Assembly: GCA_034780895.1 (NCBI GenBank)
Contig: JAUZTB010000057.1
Coordinates: 433,572 to 497,571 of the forward strand
Direction of reading: 5' to 3'
Origin: Rhynchobatus australiae
Taxonomy: Eukaryota
Length of the DNA: 64,000 bases
The number at the start of each line of letters is the position of its first letter. Position 1 is the stretch's first letter. This document shows, in pieces, positions 1 to 12,219 of this stretch. The notes under the pieces were generated by a model, which saw only the letters and a list, made by a program, of their open reading frames with translations, did not search any database and was not told where the DNA came from. A program made the translations under genes and the position numbers.

Positions 1-269
1 CCAGGAAGTTCGGTAATACCGGTACATGAAGAAACGGTTCCATTTCCAGCAGGGGCATCGTGTGCTCCAGGTCACTCAGCCCTCCTGCTCGTTGTTACCG
101 AGTTGTTTTCGTACATCAGTGATAGTTTCTTCCCGTCAGTTCTTGATTTTAGAAGGAATATTAGTTGTGATTTTCCTTTAGGAACATCGCTCCGACAACT
201 TATTGTTCCGAAACATCTCTTAAATGTGGTCGTCTCCAATGGAAGAAATGCTGATCTTTATGAATATAC

Positions 270-385
270 AACAAAATGCTGGTAATTTTAGATAATAATA
301 GTACCGCAGACAGTCAACCGATCTGGCAGCATCCGTGAAAAGCGAAAGAGGTAACATTTCAGGTCGAAGAACTTTCAGCTAAAGG
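270..385 (-). mobile_element. Degenerate Penelope-like terminal repeat fragment (hammerhead-like remnant)
   Basis: 'atctggcagcatccgtg...aacatttcaggtcgaagaactttca' resembles the PLE terminal motif seen better preserved at 3890-4010 and 17005-17085. Confidence 0.35.
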
Positions 386-869
386 AGCGGAGTTCACGTT
401 GCCAGACCATTACAAATCAGTAATTCTGAAAGATAAATTTCAATGTGCGGCCCAAACATTCGCTCCTCCTCCGTATTGACCGTTTGTCCTGTGATCGGAC
501 ACCCAGGTCTCCCTGAACATCAGCCTTAAATCATTGTTACTAATTTCAGTAAGAGGTACCTTTCTGTTCTCATCCACAAAGTCCCTCATAATTTCCCCAC
601 TATGATGCCTTCTAAGATTGCGCTCAGAATCGGGTTCCTTCAATTAACAATTCATTCAAAAATTTCTTTCCTGTTGTTCCACTATCCCTACACTTATTTC
701 CCATTAATATTGAGCGACTGAACGAACCCAACATCGGATTTTCTTAAATAATGTAACATTGGTCAATATTTTCTGTCTGTTTACCTTGTGCCTTTGCGCT
801 TCTATCTGCTTCCACACAGTCTGATTTTCAGTTTTGAAGGGCCATGTCTTGATTCACTAAATTGCAGGA

Positions 870-1160
870 AAGTTAAAGGGAAGAAGGCCATTTGACCCTT
901 CCTCTTTGTACCAGCTTTCTGAAAGAGAAATCCAACCTTCAGCCCGAGGTCCCGCTAATTCCGTCCTTTCGGTCCCAGCTGCCCTTCAAACCTGCAGGTG
1001 AATGTTTCTCCACCACTCCCCGGCACCGCACTCCGGTCTGGACCGTTCGATCTCTGCAACAAACATCGCTATCTCCTTCTTGGATCTTTGCCCAATTACT
1101 TTCATTCTCGGGATCTTGTCATCCATTCGAGGGATCTTTTCCCAAATGCTTTCATCTCTA
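870..1160 (-). mobile_element. Old CR1-type LINE 3' end
   Basis: Reverse complement ends '...agctggtacaaagaggaagggtcaaatggccttcttccct', a decayed version of the CR1 3' tail (gggccgaatggcctcctt). Confidence 0.4.
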
Positions 1161-1164
1161 TATT

Positions 1165-3045
1165 CTCAGGAATATAGAGTAGCGAGGAAGGAACTTAAGA
1201 AAGGACTGAGAAGAGCTAGAAGAGAACATGAAAAGATATTGGCTAATATGGCTAAGGAAAATCCCAAGGCTTGTTTCTCGTACGTGAAGGGCAGAACGAT
1301 GTCTGGGGTAAAGGTAGATCCGATTAAAGACAAAGGTGGGAGGATGTGCCTGGAGGCGGAGCAAATGGGAGAAGTTCTCAATGAATACTTCTCTTCGGTA
1401 TTCATTCCCTTCGGAGAGGGGTCTTGATAAGGCGGAGGAGAGTGCTTGTTGGGGTAATGTTCTCGAGGTTGTGGATATCAAGAGAGAGGATGTGTTGAAG
1501 TTGTTAAATAATATCAGGACAGATAAGTCTCCGCGGCCTGACGGAATATTCCCCAGACTGCTTCCAGAGGCGATGGAGGAGGTTGTTGCATCGCTGGTAA
1601 GGATCTTTGAGTCCTCGTTTCCACGGGGATGGTATCGGCGAATTGGAGGGTGGCAAATTTTGTCCTCTTATTCAAAAAAGGCAGTAATGATCGTCCAGAG
1701 AATTACAGACCGGTGAGTCTCACGTCTGTGGTGGGTACGCTGTCAGAAAGGATTCTAAAGGATAGGATCTATGAACACCTAGAGAATCATGGGCTAATTA
1801 GGGACAGCCAGCATGGCTTTGTGAACGGAAGATCTTGCCTCACAAGCCTGATAGACTTATTTTAGGAGGTTACAAGGAAGATTGATGAGGGTAGTGCGGT
1901 GAATGTAGAATACATTGATTTTAGTAAGGCGTTTGATAAGGTTCCTCATGGTAGGCTGCTTCAGATGGTCAGAGGTCAAGGGATCCAGGGAAGCTTGGCC
2001 GTGTGGATTAGGAATTGGCTTGCCGGTAGAAAGCAGATTGTTGTGGTGGAGGGAGTGCCCACGAATTGGAGGGCTGTGATTAGTGGTGTCCCGCAGAGAT
2101 CGGTCCTGGGACCTCTACTTGTTGTTATATTTATAGATGACTTAGATGAAGGGGTGGAAGGCTGGGTTAGCTAGTTTGCGGATGATACTTAGATCGACGG
2201 TGTTATGGATAGTGTGGAGGGCTGTCGGAGGTTACAGACGGATATTGATAGGATGCGGAGCTGGGCAGACAAGTGGCAGATGGAGTTCAATCCTGAGAAC
2301 TGTGAGGTGGTACACTTTGGAATGACAGATTCAAGGACAGAGTACAAGGTAAATGGCAAGGTACTTGGCAGTGTAGAGGGGTAGATAGATCTGGGGTTCA
2401 TATCCACATATCACTGAAAGTTGCCAGGCAGGTGGATAGGGCAGTTAAGAAGGCCTATGGAATGTTAGCTTTCATAAGTCGTGGGATCGAGTTTAAGAGC
2501 CGTGAAGTGATAATGCAGCTTTACAAAACTATTGTGTTCATTTCTGGTCGCCGCATTATAGGAAGGATTTGGAGGCTTTGGAGAGGGTGTAGAGGAGATT
2601 CACCAGGATGCTGCCTGGATTAGAGCGTATGGAATATGAGGAGAGGCTGAATGAGAGGAGGATGAGGGGAGACATGATGGAGGTATATAAAATATTGAGG
2701 GGGATAGATAGAGTAGACAGACAGCGCCTGTTTCCCAGGGCACCGATGCTCAAGACAAGAGGGCATGGCTTTAAGCTTCTGGGTGGGAAGTTCAGGGGAG
2801 ATGTCAGAGGGAGGTTTTTCACGCATAGAGTGGTTGGTGCATGGAATGCGCTGCCTGTGGTGGTGGTGGAGGCACATACGTTGGACAGGTTCAAAATATT
2901 GTTGGAAAGGCATATGGAGGAATGTGGGAGGGAGGGATATGTCGGAGGAAGGTGTTAGATATTGTTAGTTGTGGATTGATAGAAGGCACAACATGGTGGG
3001 CCGAAGGGCCTGTATTTGCTGTATTGTTCTAACTTCTATGTTCTC
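1165..3045 (+). mobile_element. 5'-truncated, frameshifted CR1/HER1-type LINE (ORF2 reverse transcriptase and 3' tail)
   Basis: Split ORFs carry [56 protein letters not shown] and FADD. The 3' end is 'gcacaacatggtgggccgaagggcctgt...ttctaacttctatgttct'. Confidence 0.93.
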
Positions 3046-3884
3046 TGCCTTTGGCCCACCCCAACCGTGGGAACGGCTTGTGTACCTTACTGTGTACCAC
3101 CTTGACTGTACCCCACGATTATAAATACATGTGCAAGTTCCCACCTGCAAATTTCTATATTGCGAACAGCCTCACTTCACCACCTCTTTCAATGAGCTAA
3201 AGCCCCCCATTCTGGACAATATTTTGGGAAATACCTTTGGCATCATCTCCAAACCCTGCACAAATTGCGGCCCAGAACTGGACACAATGTTCATTTTGGA
3301 AAATGAAGAAAACAAATAAATCAACACTTGCTTTCCAAGTAATCAGAACATCATGTCCAACACGTCTTTAAAATAATGGGTACGGGATATGTGATGTAGA
3401 CAGAAGATAGGCTGTGTGCAGCCGGTATATGGCAGTAGTGGGAGCTGAAAGTTGCCAGAGTAAAGCATCTCCCGTGTTATGCCTCCTCGGAACAGTTGTC
3501 CCAACAGTGTCAAGCTGCTTCGTAAGATCCCCTCTCCCGGTGCAGCGGTCCATCGTCCATGAAGCTCCCAGAATACGGAGCTCCTCGGCAGTCCTTCCCA
3601 CAGTAGAACATTTCGTGCACAGCCCGTCGTGCACTGCATTGCTCACTCGGCATCGACAGGCTCACTGTGCTGCGATTTCCTNNNNNNNNNNNNNNNNNNN
3701 NNNNNNNNNNNNNNNNNNNNNNNNNNNNNNNNNNNNNNNNNNNNNNNNNNNNNNNNNNNNNNNNNNNNNNNNNNNNNNNNNCACGGAAACACGGCTGAAG
3801 GAGGGCCGGACTGGCAGCTCAACGTTACAGGATTCAGGTGAAAAAGGCGCGACATAGATACAGGTCGGACAGGAGGGAGCGCAG

Positions 3885-5295
3885 GTGATTCTGCAGATGC
3901 GGGAAGCTGGGAACATACACAGAAAGTGATGGAGGAGCTCAGCAGGTCAGGAGGCAAATTTCGAGAGAAATAAACAGAGAATGTTTCGGGCCGAGGCCCT
4001 TCATCGGGAGAGGAGAGGAAGACGGCAGTAGAAGAAGGTCGAGGGAGGTGGAAGAGCACATGCTAGCAGATGATAATTGAGTCCATGCGAGAGTAGGAAG
4101 GTAGGAAGTTGGGGGTGTTGGAGGGGGAGTGAAAGAGAGTGATGTAAACAGCTGATGGGTGATTGGTACAAGATGCAAAGGGGTGAAGCAGTAGGAATGC
4201 GGTGGGAGAGGAGAGGAGAACATGGAATGAAGGGAAGGAGGTACTGAATAGATGGGCAGGTAATGAGGGAACCGGAGGGGAAAGAGAAGGGGGTAGTGGC
4301 ACCGGAATTAGGGAAGACGGAAGGGGAAGCGGAGAAGGAAGGTGGAGTGGTTACTAGTAATTAGAGAAACAGATGTTGAGGCTGTCAGGTCGGAGACTAC
4401 CACGGCGGAATATGAGGTGCTGTTCCTCCAACCTGCGTCTGGCCTCAGTGTAGGAGTACAGGAGGCCGTGGATGAAAATGTCAGTATGGGAGTGGGACGT
4501 GGAATTGAAGTGCCTGGTCACTGCTGGATCCCGGCTTTTGCATCGGATGCAGCGAAGGTCCCTGATGAAGCGGTCACTCTTTCTGCATCGGGTCTCACCG
4601 GTGTCGAGGAGGCCGTACAGGGAGCACCGAATTCAAAAGGTGAGACCGCGGATTCACAGGTGAATCCCTGCTTCACCTGGAAGGACTGCCTCGGGAACTG
4701 AATGGTGGTGAGGAAAGAGTTGCAGGGACAGGTTTATCGCTGAGTGCGGTTGCAGGGATAAGTGACGGCCGATCATCTGCAGGGAGAGACGAGTGGACAA
4801 GGGAATTGCAGATATAGAGATCCCTGCGGAAAGAGGACGGGAGCTGAGGGAGGATGTGGCTGGTGAACGGATCCCGTTGGAGGTGGTGGAAGGTGCGGAG
4901 CACGATCTGTTGGATGCGGAGGTTCGTGGTATAGTTGGTGAGGATAGGGGGAACCCTGTCCCTTTCTTGTCCGGAATGGAGTGGATTGGGTAAAGCAGAC
5001 GTGCGGCGAAAATAGTAGATGCGGGTGAGCGCTACATTGATGATGGTGGAAGGAATATCCCGTTTCCTGAATAATGTAGACATCGCTTATGTCCTGGAAT
5101 AGGCAGCCTCTTCATGAGAACGACGCGGTGGAAATGGAGAAGGGATCAGCGTCCTTGTAAGTGCCTGGGTGGGAAGAGGTGTATTCAAGATTCCTGTGGG
5201 AATCATGGGTCTGTAAACTATGTCTGTGGTTAACCTGTCTATGGATATGGAGATCCAGAAAGGGCCGAGAGGTGTCGGAGATGGACTCTGGCTCT
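3885..5295 (-). mobile_element. Penelope-like retroelement 3' portion (RT C-terminus, GIY-YIG region, terminal repeat)
   Basis: Minus-strand peptides ISISIDRLTTDIVYRP, STLFRKRDIPSTII and RDRVPPILT...LRTFHHLQRDP match the PLE ORF C-terminus. They are followed by a pyrimidine-rich 3' UTR and a hammerhead-like motif. Confidence 0.85.
3975..4012 (-). ncRNA. Minimal hammerhead-ribozyme-like motif of the PLE terminal repeat (core variant)
   Basis: Minus strand reads CCGATGAA-GGGC-CTCG-GCCC-GAAAC: a CUGAUGA-like core (U4 changed to C), a 4-bp stem II, then GAAA. Confidence 0.6.
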
Positions 5296-5385
5296 GAATT
5301 CGGCCGCTTCCAGGCCGAGACCTCTCAAACCGCCGCTTTGCATCGGGCTGGAACCACCGTCTGCTTACAGGGACAGCGAGATAGT

Positions 5386-5478
5386 GGGCGGGAACTGGAT
5401 TAGAATGACACTCCCTTCGACCAATAGGTGCGTGTTTTTTTCTGCATTGGTCATTTGACTGAGTGGTCACGGGCCAAT
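5386..5478. promoter_or_regulatory. Possible GC-box plus triple CCAAT-box promoter-like patch
   Basis: GGGCGG 5386-5391, CCAAT 5421-5425, ATTGG 5446-5450 and CCAAT 5474-5478 in a CpG-richer non-repeat stretch. Confidence 0.3.
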
Positions 5479-6009
5479 GAGGTAGTGAGTGAGTTTCCAT
5501 TTTGATACGAACAACATGGAAATAACGGCAACTGTAGAATTCTACAGAGGTCCCGTTGCCTGCAAAATAAAATAAGATATGATCACACTGTTCCGGAATG
5601 CAGGATGGATTGGGGTGTAGAGTCAATCGAGAGGGTATAGAGAGGATTGGGGGTGTGAATGGACTGGAAAGGGTGCAGAGAGGATTGGCGGTGTTGATGA
5701 TTGTCCTGGGAAGGATGAAGAAGAGCTGAAATACAGCGTCAGGAAGTGTATTCTTGTCTGAAGAGCTGGTGCAGGTGGCAGGGATCCATGTTCTTGCTCC
5801 ACTGAGATTTCTTCTGTGGCAGAGACCTGTACAAGAGGGACAGTTTGCATTGACCCACGGAGGGACTAATATCCTTGCAGGGAGTTTTTGCAGTTCCACA
5901 CAGAGGGTTTAAACCAGATTCACAGGCGTGGGATTCCGAGTTGGACCAAGTCTTGGGATAAAGCCAGAGAGAGGAAATCTAGATATCAGGAATACTCATT
6001 AATTTCAGT

Positions 6010-6350
6010 TAACTGCATTTATTTCAGTGTTCGAGGTGCAACAGGTGAGGCGGGCCAACTCAGAGCGCGGACTGGCTTTGAAACCCTGGATGATCTTGAT
6101 ATAAAAGAAACACGGCTGAGAGAAGGACAGGATTGGCAGCTCAATATTCCAGGATGCAGATGCAGTGAAACAGGTAAACGTGAAGGGCCGGAGATTTTTT
6201 GAAACGGGAGGACGTAACATGTGATGCTCAGCAATGGGAATAGTCCAGGAAGGCCACATGGGTAGAACATAGAAACAATAAGGGGGGAGGGGGCTCACTC
6301 TAATGGGGCTTACCAGGTGAGGGGGCTCACTCTAATGGGGCTTACCAGGT
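6010..6350 (+). mobile_element. CR1 endonuclease (APE) fragment ending in a perfect 32-bp tandem duplication
   Basis: Peptide IKETRLREGQDWQLNIPGCR. 'gagggggctcactctaatggggcttaccaggt' occurs at 6287-6318 and 6319-6350. Confidence 0.65.
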
Positions 6351-6624
6351 TTACCAATCACCATAACAGCAACATGCTGCTCCTGAACACCTGATATCAC
6401 ACTCTTAACAGCCGCCGACTTGAAATTCGTTCCTTGCGCTTCAAACAGGCTCAGCCAATCAAAGTCTGCTAAATCCTATCTTACTCCCCCCAAATTTGAC
6501 CTGTTCCAGTTTAGGACTTGGGGACCCTATGGAAATTAAAATCTCCCGCCAACTCAACCCTATTATTGTTACAAAATTCACGTCCAATGGAATCCAGGGA
6601 GAGCTAGTTATGTGTTTTGTTTTG

Positions 6625-6905
6625 CAATGACAAGAAGGCACTTCAGCGGTTCTGCTTCGACTGGAGTTTGAGGAAATTTTGTTTGGCATCGAAGGGTCTT
6701 GTCAATTTCTACTGATGAACGGTGGAGAGTTTTTTTAACAGTTTGCTGGTACGGACTCTCCAGTGAACAGGATCGAAAGAGGGTGCATAGGGTTGTGGAG
6801 TCAGTCAATTCCTTCACCGGCGCAACCCTGCCCACCATCGAGGACAACTTCAAGAGACTTTGCCTCAGTAATATGGCATTCATTACTGCGGACCCTCACC
6901 AGGAA
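6625..6905 (+). mobile_element. Rex1/Babar-like LINE 3' ORF fragment
   Basis: Peptide CWYGLSSEQDRKRVHRVVESVNSFTGATLPTIED, typical of the Rex1-type RT C-terminal region. Confidence 0.65.
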
Positions 6906-9370
6906 GTATGAAGACCATCACTCAACGATCCACGAACGGCTTCTACGTCGAACTATAACTAGAATTCAACAGGAAATGAAAGACATTCCAGGGGAGTTCA
7001 GAAGGTGTAGACACATCAACCAGAAACAATGTGAATACCTGACAGGGACACAAGCCCGGGCGAGGAAGTTCTACATTCTCACCCAAATACACAAGAACCC
7101 AGACACTTGGACCGTACCCGAAGAAGTACCTACGGCAAGGCCCATCGTATCAGACAGCGGCAGTGAGTCCTACATGATAGCAGAATACATTGACTCCTTC
7201 CTCAATCCACTGTCAGAAGAACATCCCAGTAACATCAGAAACACACACCATTTCGTCCAAATTGTCAATTCCTTCTCAGTACACCCTGACACCATCCATT
7301 ACACTATGGACATTGAAAGCCTCTCTACGAATATTGAGACCCGGAAGGGGCATACAGGCAGTCATAAAGATCCTGCAAAAATACCCAGACCCGGAGAGGG
7401 AAGATTTCAACGTCAAAGGCACGGCAATGGGAATGAAATTTGCCGCAGCCTATATCAACATATACATGGCAAAGTGCGAAGAGACAGTGTGCCCAAAATA
7501 TCCCAGAAAACCCATGTGCCTCTATAGATATCTAGATGACATCTGGGGTGATTGGATACATTCAGAGAGAGAGTTAGAAGAATGATCTCAAATTACGAAC
7601 ACGTATCACACCTCCATTAAATGAACACCATCACCGTTTTCAATCTGCCAGCAGAAAATGGTAGCCAAAAACTAACGACTGAATTCTTTTTCAATCCAAC
7701 AAACACCTATACATTCATGCGCACAGCGATCCATCACTGAAAACACACCTTCAGTGGCATCGACAAATCTCAACAGACACGCTTCCACCGCATTTGCACC
7801 GGGGAGGATAATTTCAACCACACCACTACTATCTTCTTCACTGCATTTGGACAGAGGCTCCAGTAAACACAGTTTCGGGCACATCAAATCAGATTTCTCG
7901 GGAGGCCTTACAAACCCCAAGGCACAGAACAGGGCAACATCCATGTTACCACTGATTACAGGGTACAATCAGATGGCCATCGATATCCACATACTAATTA
8001 AGAGCCACTTTCAACAACTGAAGGGGCGGGTGAGCTCAATGGGACGATACACGACAGTATCAGCTTTTAGAAGGACACTGATAATCTAAGAGACCTATTA
8101 GTTAGTACCAAACTGTTCACAGCTCCAAACTGTGGCGGGATACACTGTGGAGCATGTAAACGTTCAAAAATAGGGAAAAGAAAATCACACACAACAGAGC
8201 GACAGGAAAATGGTCATAGATAGAGCAGAGGATAACCTGTAGCCAGCAGATTCTAGTGGATGCCATTCAGTGCAAGGAATGCCATACCTTATACGTAGGA
8301 AGGTAATAGTCTAAGGGTTAGACTTGCAGGCACCTTTGTACTTTTGCAGGACAACACTAGAACAAACTTGTCAGCAGGCATGTCCAACAGCACGGGATCC
8401 GGTCTTTAGTGATCATGGACTTGGAAACTAACCTGAACTAGTCAACCTCACAGAGAAAGAGAGAAGAGAACAAATGGATTGAGTTATGACAGACCCACTC
8501 CCCAAATGTTCTTAATCAAGTCTAAAAAAATTAGTTAAAAAAAATAAACAAAATTTTAAAAAAAATCACAATCAGGCCCAGAAAACACCAGAAGGAAGAA
8601 AAAGGCTTCGAAAGATTAGGGTCACACGTTTCTCTTCAATTTAACTTTGACTGGGGACCCAATCCGAACAAATTTATCCCCGCTCATCCGACATAATCTC
8701 ACAGACACTCCTACACACTCTCACCCTGACACAGACAGAACCCACCTCCAGTAGACCATCTCACATGTACCACCCTGCAATCCCACATACTTCACGATAT
8801 CTTTGGTTTGGGTCCAAGACATCTTTTTCCCCAATACAGACCAGGCAACACCCACCCCTTCTGTCCACATACACTCTCGTATATTCCTAGCAAACATTTA
8901 CACCCGCGTTTCAGCCGCCCCCCGACACAACACATTACACGTTCAGCACCCACCTACATCCCTACATCCCTGCATCCCTACATAAGTATCCATAATTCTC
9001 GGACAACTTCCTCACAAGAGGCCAGACAGGAAGCAACCCTCCTGATGGCACGTATACTCCTGTACGTTCCCCCCAAACACTTACACCCGGGTCTCAGCCT
9101 GTTCCCCTGAAACAGCACATTAGAGTTTCCACCCCCGCTAACCTACATATATCCCTTGATACATGTACTGGCATCACAGACAGCTTGTTCACACAGACTA
9201 GGCAATAGGCACCCTTTGTGATATCACATACACGTCCCTGCATTCCCCTGTACTCAAATCCCCGTCAAACCCTGGCCAACACCCCCACATGCAAATCCCT
9301 GCACAAACACGATTTCCCAAATTCACCACCACCTCCAGCCCTTTACCTAACCTCAACATGCCACAACGCG
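6905..9370 (+). mobile_element. Second, distinct Penelope-like element (degraded RT and GIY-YIG region to about 8525) with a long C/A-rich 3' region
   Basis: Peptides KFYILTQIHK...RPIVSDSGSES...YIDSFLNP, TMDIESLSTNI, GTAMGMKFAAAYINIYM and YRYLDDIW. A CKECHTLYVG-type GIY-YIG segment lies near 8265-8300. Confidence 0.8.
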
Positions 9371-9374
9371 AGGC

Positions 9375-9815
9375 AATTGATTAGAGAGCTTGTGCTATTG
9401 GGAGAAATTGGACAAACTTAGGTTGTTTTACCTGGAGCGTCGTAGGTTGATGGCAGAACTGACAGCAGTTTGTAAGATCAGGAGAGGCACAGATAAAAGC
9501 AGACATCCTGTAACATTTTGCCAGGGACGAAATGTCTGATACCAGGGTACGAGGCTTTAATGTGACAGGCGGCAACTTCAAAGGAGATATGTGCGGCAGG
9601 TTTTCTTCCCACATATTGGTGGGTGCCTGGAATGTGCTGGAAGGTCTGGCGTTAGAGGGAAATACATCTGAGGCACATGGATGTACAAAGAATGGAAGGT
9701 TACAGACATTGTGTAGGCAGAGAGGATTGGTTAAGCGAAACATTGAAAAACTTGTACAATTAGTCCGGTAGAACATCGTGAGCTGAAGGGACTGTTCTTG
9801 TGTTGCACCTTGTTT
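9375..9815 (+). mobile_element. CR1 3' fragment, co-duplicated with the GPCR unit
   Basis: Peptide TRVRGFNVTGGNFKGDMCGRF...VGAWNVL. Colinear with 19885-20325 and 62695-63130. Confidence 0.8.
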
Positions 9816-10246
9816 TCTTACCCAGGTCTCTAGCTCTGTGAATTCAAACCTCAAACGGCGTAAATTTATTCTGCCGAGAAAAACCGCCTTGGGATAATTC
9901 AAAGTAAAAGTCAATGACGAGTTTATTGTCAGATTCACAGGATTAGTACACGAACATACAGATGTAGTGAAAAACGTAATTGCAGCAACATCAATGGAAC
10001 ATTGCGTTATGTAAGCAGCATTCTGAAGTGAAACAAATTAAACACAAATTACACACAATTTGTTCAAGGAACAAGAAAGCTCATTTAGAACAAAACAAAG
10101 TCACAGAACTGAGGCGATATTCCTTCCAGTTCACAATTCCCGGCCGGATTATCCCTGTACCCCCCCCCACCCCACCCCACCCCCGGTGTGTTTGGAGTGG
10201 GAGAGACGGGGTTGGTTCAGGCGGGGGAGTAGCGCCGATGTCGCAG

Positions 10247-11150
10247 CTACACTCCGCGCTGAGCGAATCTCAGAGTGAGAATGAGGAGAAATTTCACATA
10301 TTCCTTCAGCTGCTCCCTGAGCTTAGTCTGGGTCACGGCGTAAAGAGCCGTGTTCGTGCAGCAGCTCAGGAGCTGCAGCATGAAGCTCAGTTCCCTTATG
10401 GTCCAAGGTGAACACTCAACCACAGTAATGTGACACAATCGGAGCCACACAGAATTCACCGTAAACAGCGCCCACAGCAGGATGAAATTCCCCGACACAA
10501 CCAACAGTAAGATGAGGGATTTCCTGCGGTTCTTCATCTCCGGATCTCTGGGAATCTCTCCATTGCTCCGAACCTGAAGCCTGCTGCGGGCTCTGCTCAC
10601 CACTAAAACGTATCTGATGGTCAAAACATTGAGAAGGAGAATGAGGACAAATGGGATCACAGGGGTGAGGAGGTAATGGAGGAACTCGACTGCGCTCCAT
10701 GCCACTGAGAACAGAACACCGCCTCTTTCCCAGCAAAACCAAGGAAAATAATTAAACATGTATTCTCCAGAGAGCATGAAATACCAGAAAATGCTCTTTG
10801 AAGAGCTCAGCACGGTCACCGTCCCCAGAACCGCAGCCGCCGTTCTCTTGCTGCAATATTTCGCTTTCAGCTTTTGACAACGAATGGCCACAAATCGATC
10901 AAAGGTGAAAGCGACGGTGAACCAGACAGAACAGTCGGCGGCTGCTAAAGCAGGACGGCGTGAATATTACACATGGGGATGTACCCCAGGAAACCAAACG
11001 CTTCCCGATATACAATCGGAATCTGCATCAGTATCAGGTCGATGACAACGACCAATAGATCCGCCGTTGCCATGGCCACCAGATAGAGAGTGACGCCTTT
11101 GGAGAGACCGCACTTTCCCCGCGACAGGAACACAATCGTCAGCACGTTCA
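10247..11150 (-). pseudogene. GPR139-like class A GPCR exon 2, frameshifted (paralog A); exon 1 not found
   Basis: Acceptor 'ctcctcacag|TGAACGTG' at 11150. Motifs YLVAMATADLL, TFDRFVAIRC, DPEMKNRRKS and LLSCCTNTALY. A 1-nt deletion near 10946 gives CTT TAG instead of CTT TAC GCA in paralog B. Confidence 0.88.
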
Positions 11151-11946
11151 CTGTGAGGAGGGAAATAAACACAAACATGAGAGCGGGGTTGGAGCAACGT
11201 TAGCGGATTCACAGAGAGGGAAATCAAATGCAGAAACCTGCTCTTGGATTCAGATTTGGAGGTGGTTGTACCCGACCCCGGGGTTGTCTGCTGGAGACGG
11301 GGTTTATAGATCAGTTAAATCAACAAGGAACCGGCATCACCTCGACCAATAGACAGGTGAGAAGCGGTCGTTCCGTCGTCCGGAAAATATGCCTGTCCAG
11401 TGAATAATTCATGACGTGTTCCAGGTAATAAAGATCATAGTCCCCACCATCTGAGCTTCGGTTGACGGAGAGGTGATCTATTGACCTGGCTTGTCAGCGG
11501 AATCAACCGAGGGTCCTGATCCTGATGATTGTTCAGTGTTTCATGAGAGCGTCGCTGCTCATTGTGTAGTGACCGGGGGTCAGTGTGGTTTGGAGAACCG
11601 GTCACTCTCCCTGCTCTTCGTGCAGCGACTTTGTGTTAGTTGTGGGTGAATCGGATCAGAGTTCTCCGTCGATTGTTTGCCATCTGAGGCTGTGCCGGGG
11701 CCGCCACCTGCTCCTGGTTGGGAACATGACGCAGCCACGCTGGAGATTGTGGTGAAATTTGATCAGACCCCGGCGGAGCAGTCTTATTCAGCCGCATGTC
11801 GTTCCCGGCAGGGTGATGCAGGCGATGGGAAACTACCAGAGGTTCCAGTTGAAATTAGACCATGATTAATACAACAATATCAGTTTACTGTTTGCCGCAG
11901 AGAGCTCCGACAGCTGGTATGACTAGACACGGCAGCAGTGAGGAGA

Positions 11947-12015
11947 GCGTGAATTACAGGAACGGAAGTGCAGACAAACCATTACTGTCTGCACTTCCGT
12001 TCCTGTAATTCACGC
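11947..12015. repeat. Perfect inverted repeat (30-bp arms, 9-nt loop)
   Basis: gcgtgaattacaggaacggaagtgcagaca-aaccattac-tgtctgcacttccgttcctgtaattcacgc. Confidence 0.97.
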
Positions 12016-12123
12016 AATATGAGAAGATGGTATAGAGAAACGAAGGATAAATAACACGGAGACAAATGCCATTTAAGGCGTAAAAGATTTTTTTTCACAT
12101 TCAACCGCGCATACAGTTAGTAA

Positions 12124-12147
12124 TGCGAGAGGTCCCGGGTTCAAATC
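12124..12147 (+). pseudogene. 24-nt tRNA-Pro 3'-half fragment
   Basis: TGCGAGAGGTCCCGGGTTCAAATC matches vertebrate tRNA-Pro from the 3' anticodon stem through the T-loop; the rest of the tRNA is absent. Confidence 0.6.
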
Positions 12148-12219
12148 TCTCATAATAAGTTTTAATCATGTTTTAATAAGTTTTAATCTCTCATAATAAG
12201 TTTTAATAAGTTTTAATCA

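Noticed and set aside
785-856. 72-nt AG...GT bounded exon-like segment on the minus strand
   Set aside because: Stops in all three frames; the acceptor derives from an old CR1 tail.
3343-3660. MYND-like 'HEMFYCGKDCR' or other Cys-rich peptide on the minus strand
   Set aside because: Requires frameshifts to complete the motif, has no clear splice sites, and the contig is cut by a gap.
5087-5899. 270-aa ORF in the track
   Set aside because: A chance read-through of unique sequence into a Penelope fragment from a non-ATG start; not a coherent protein.
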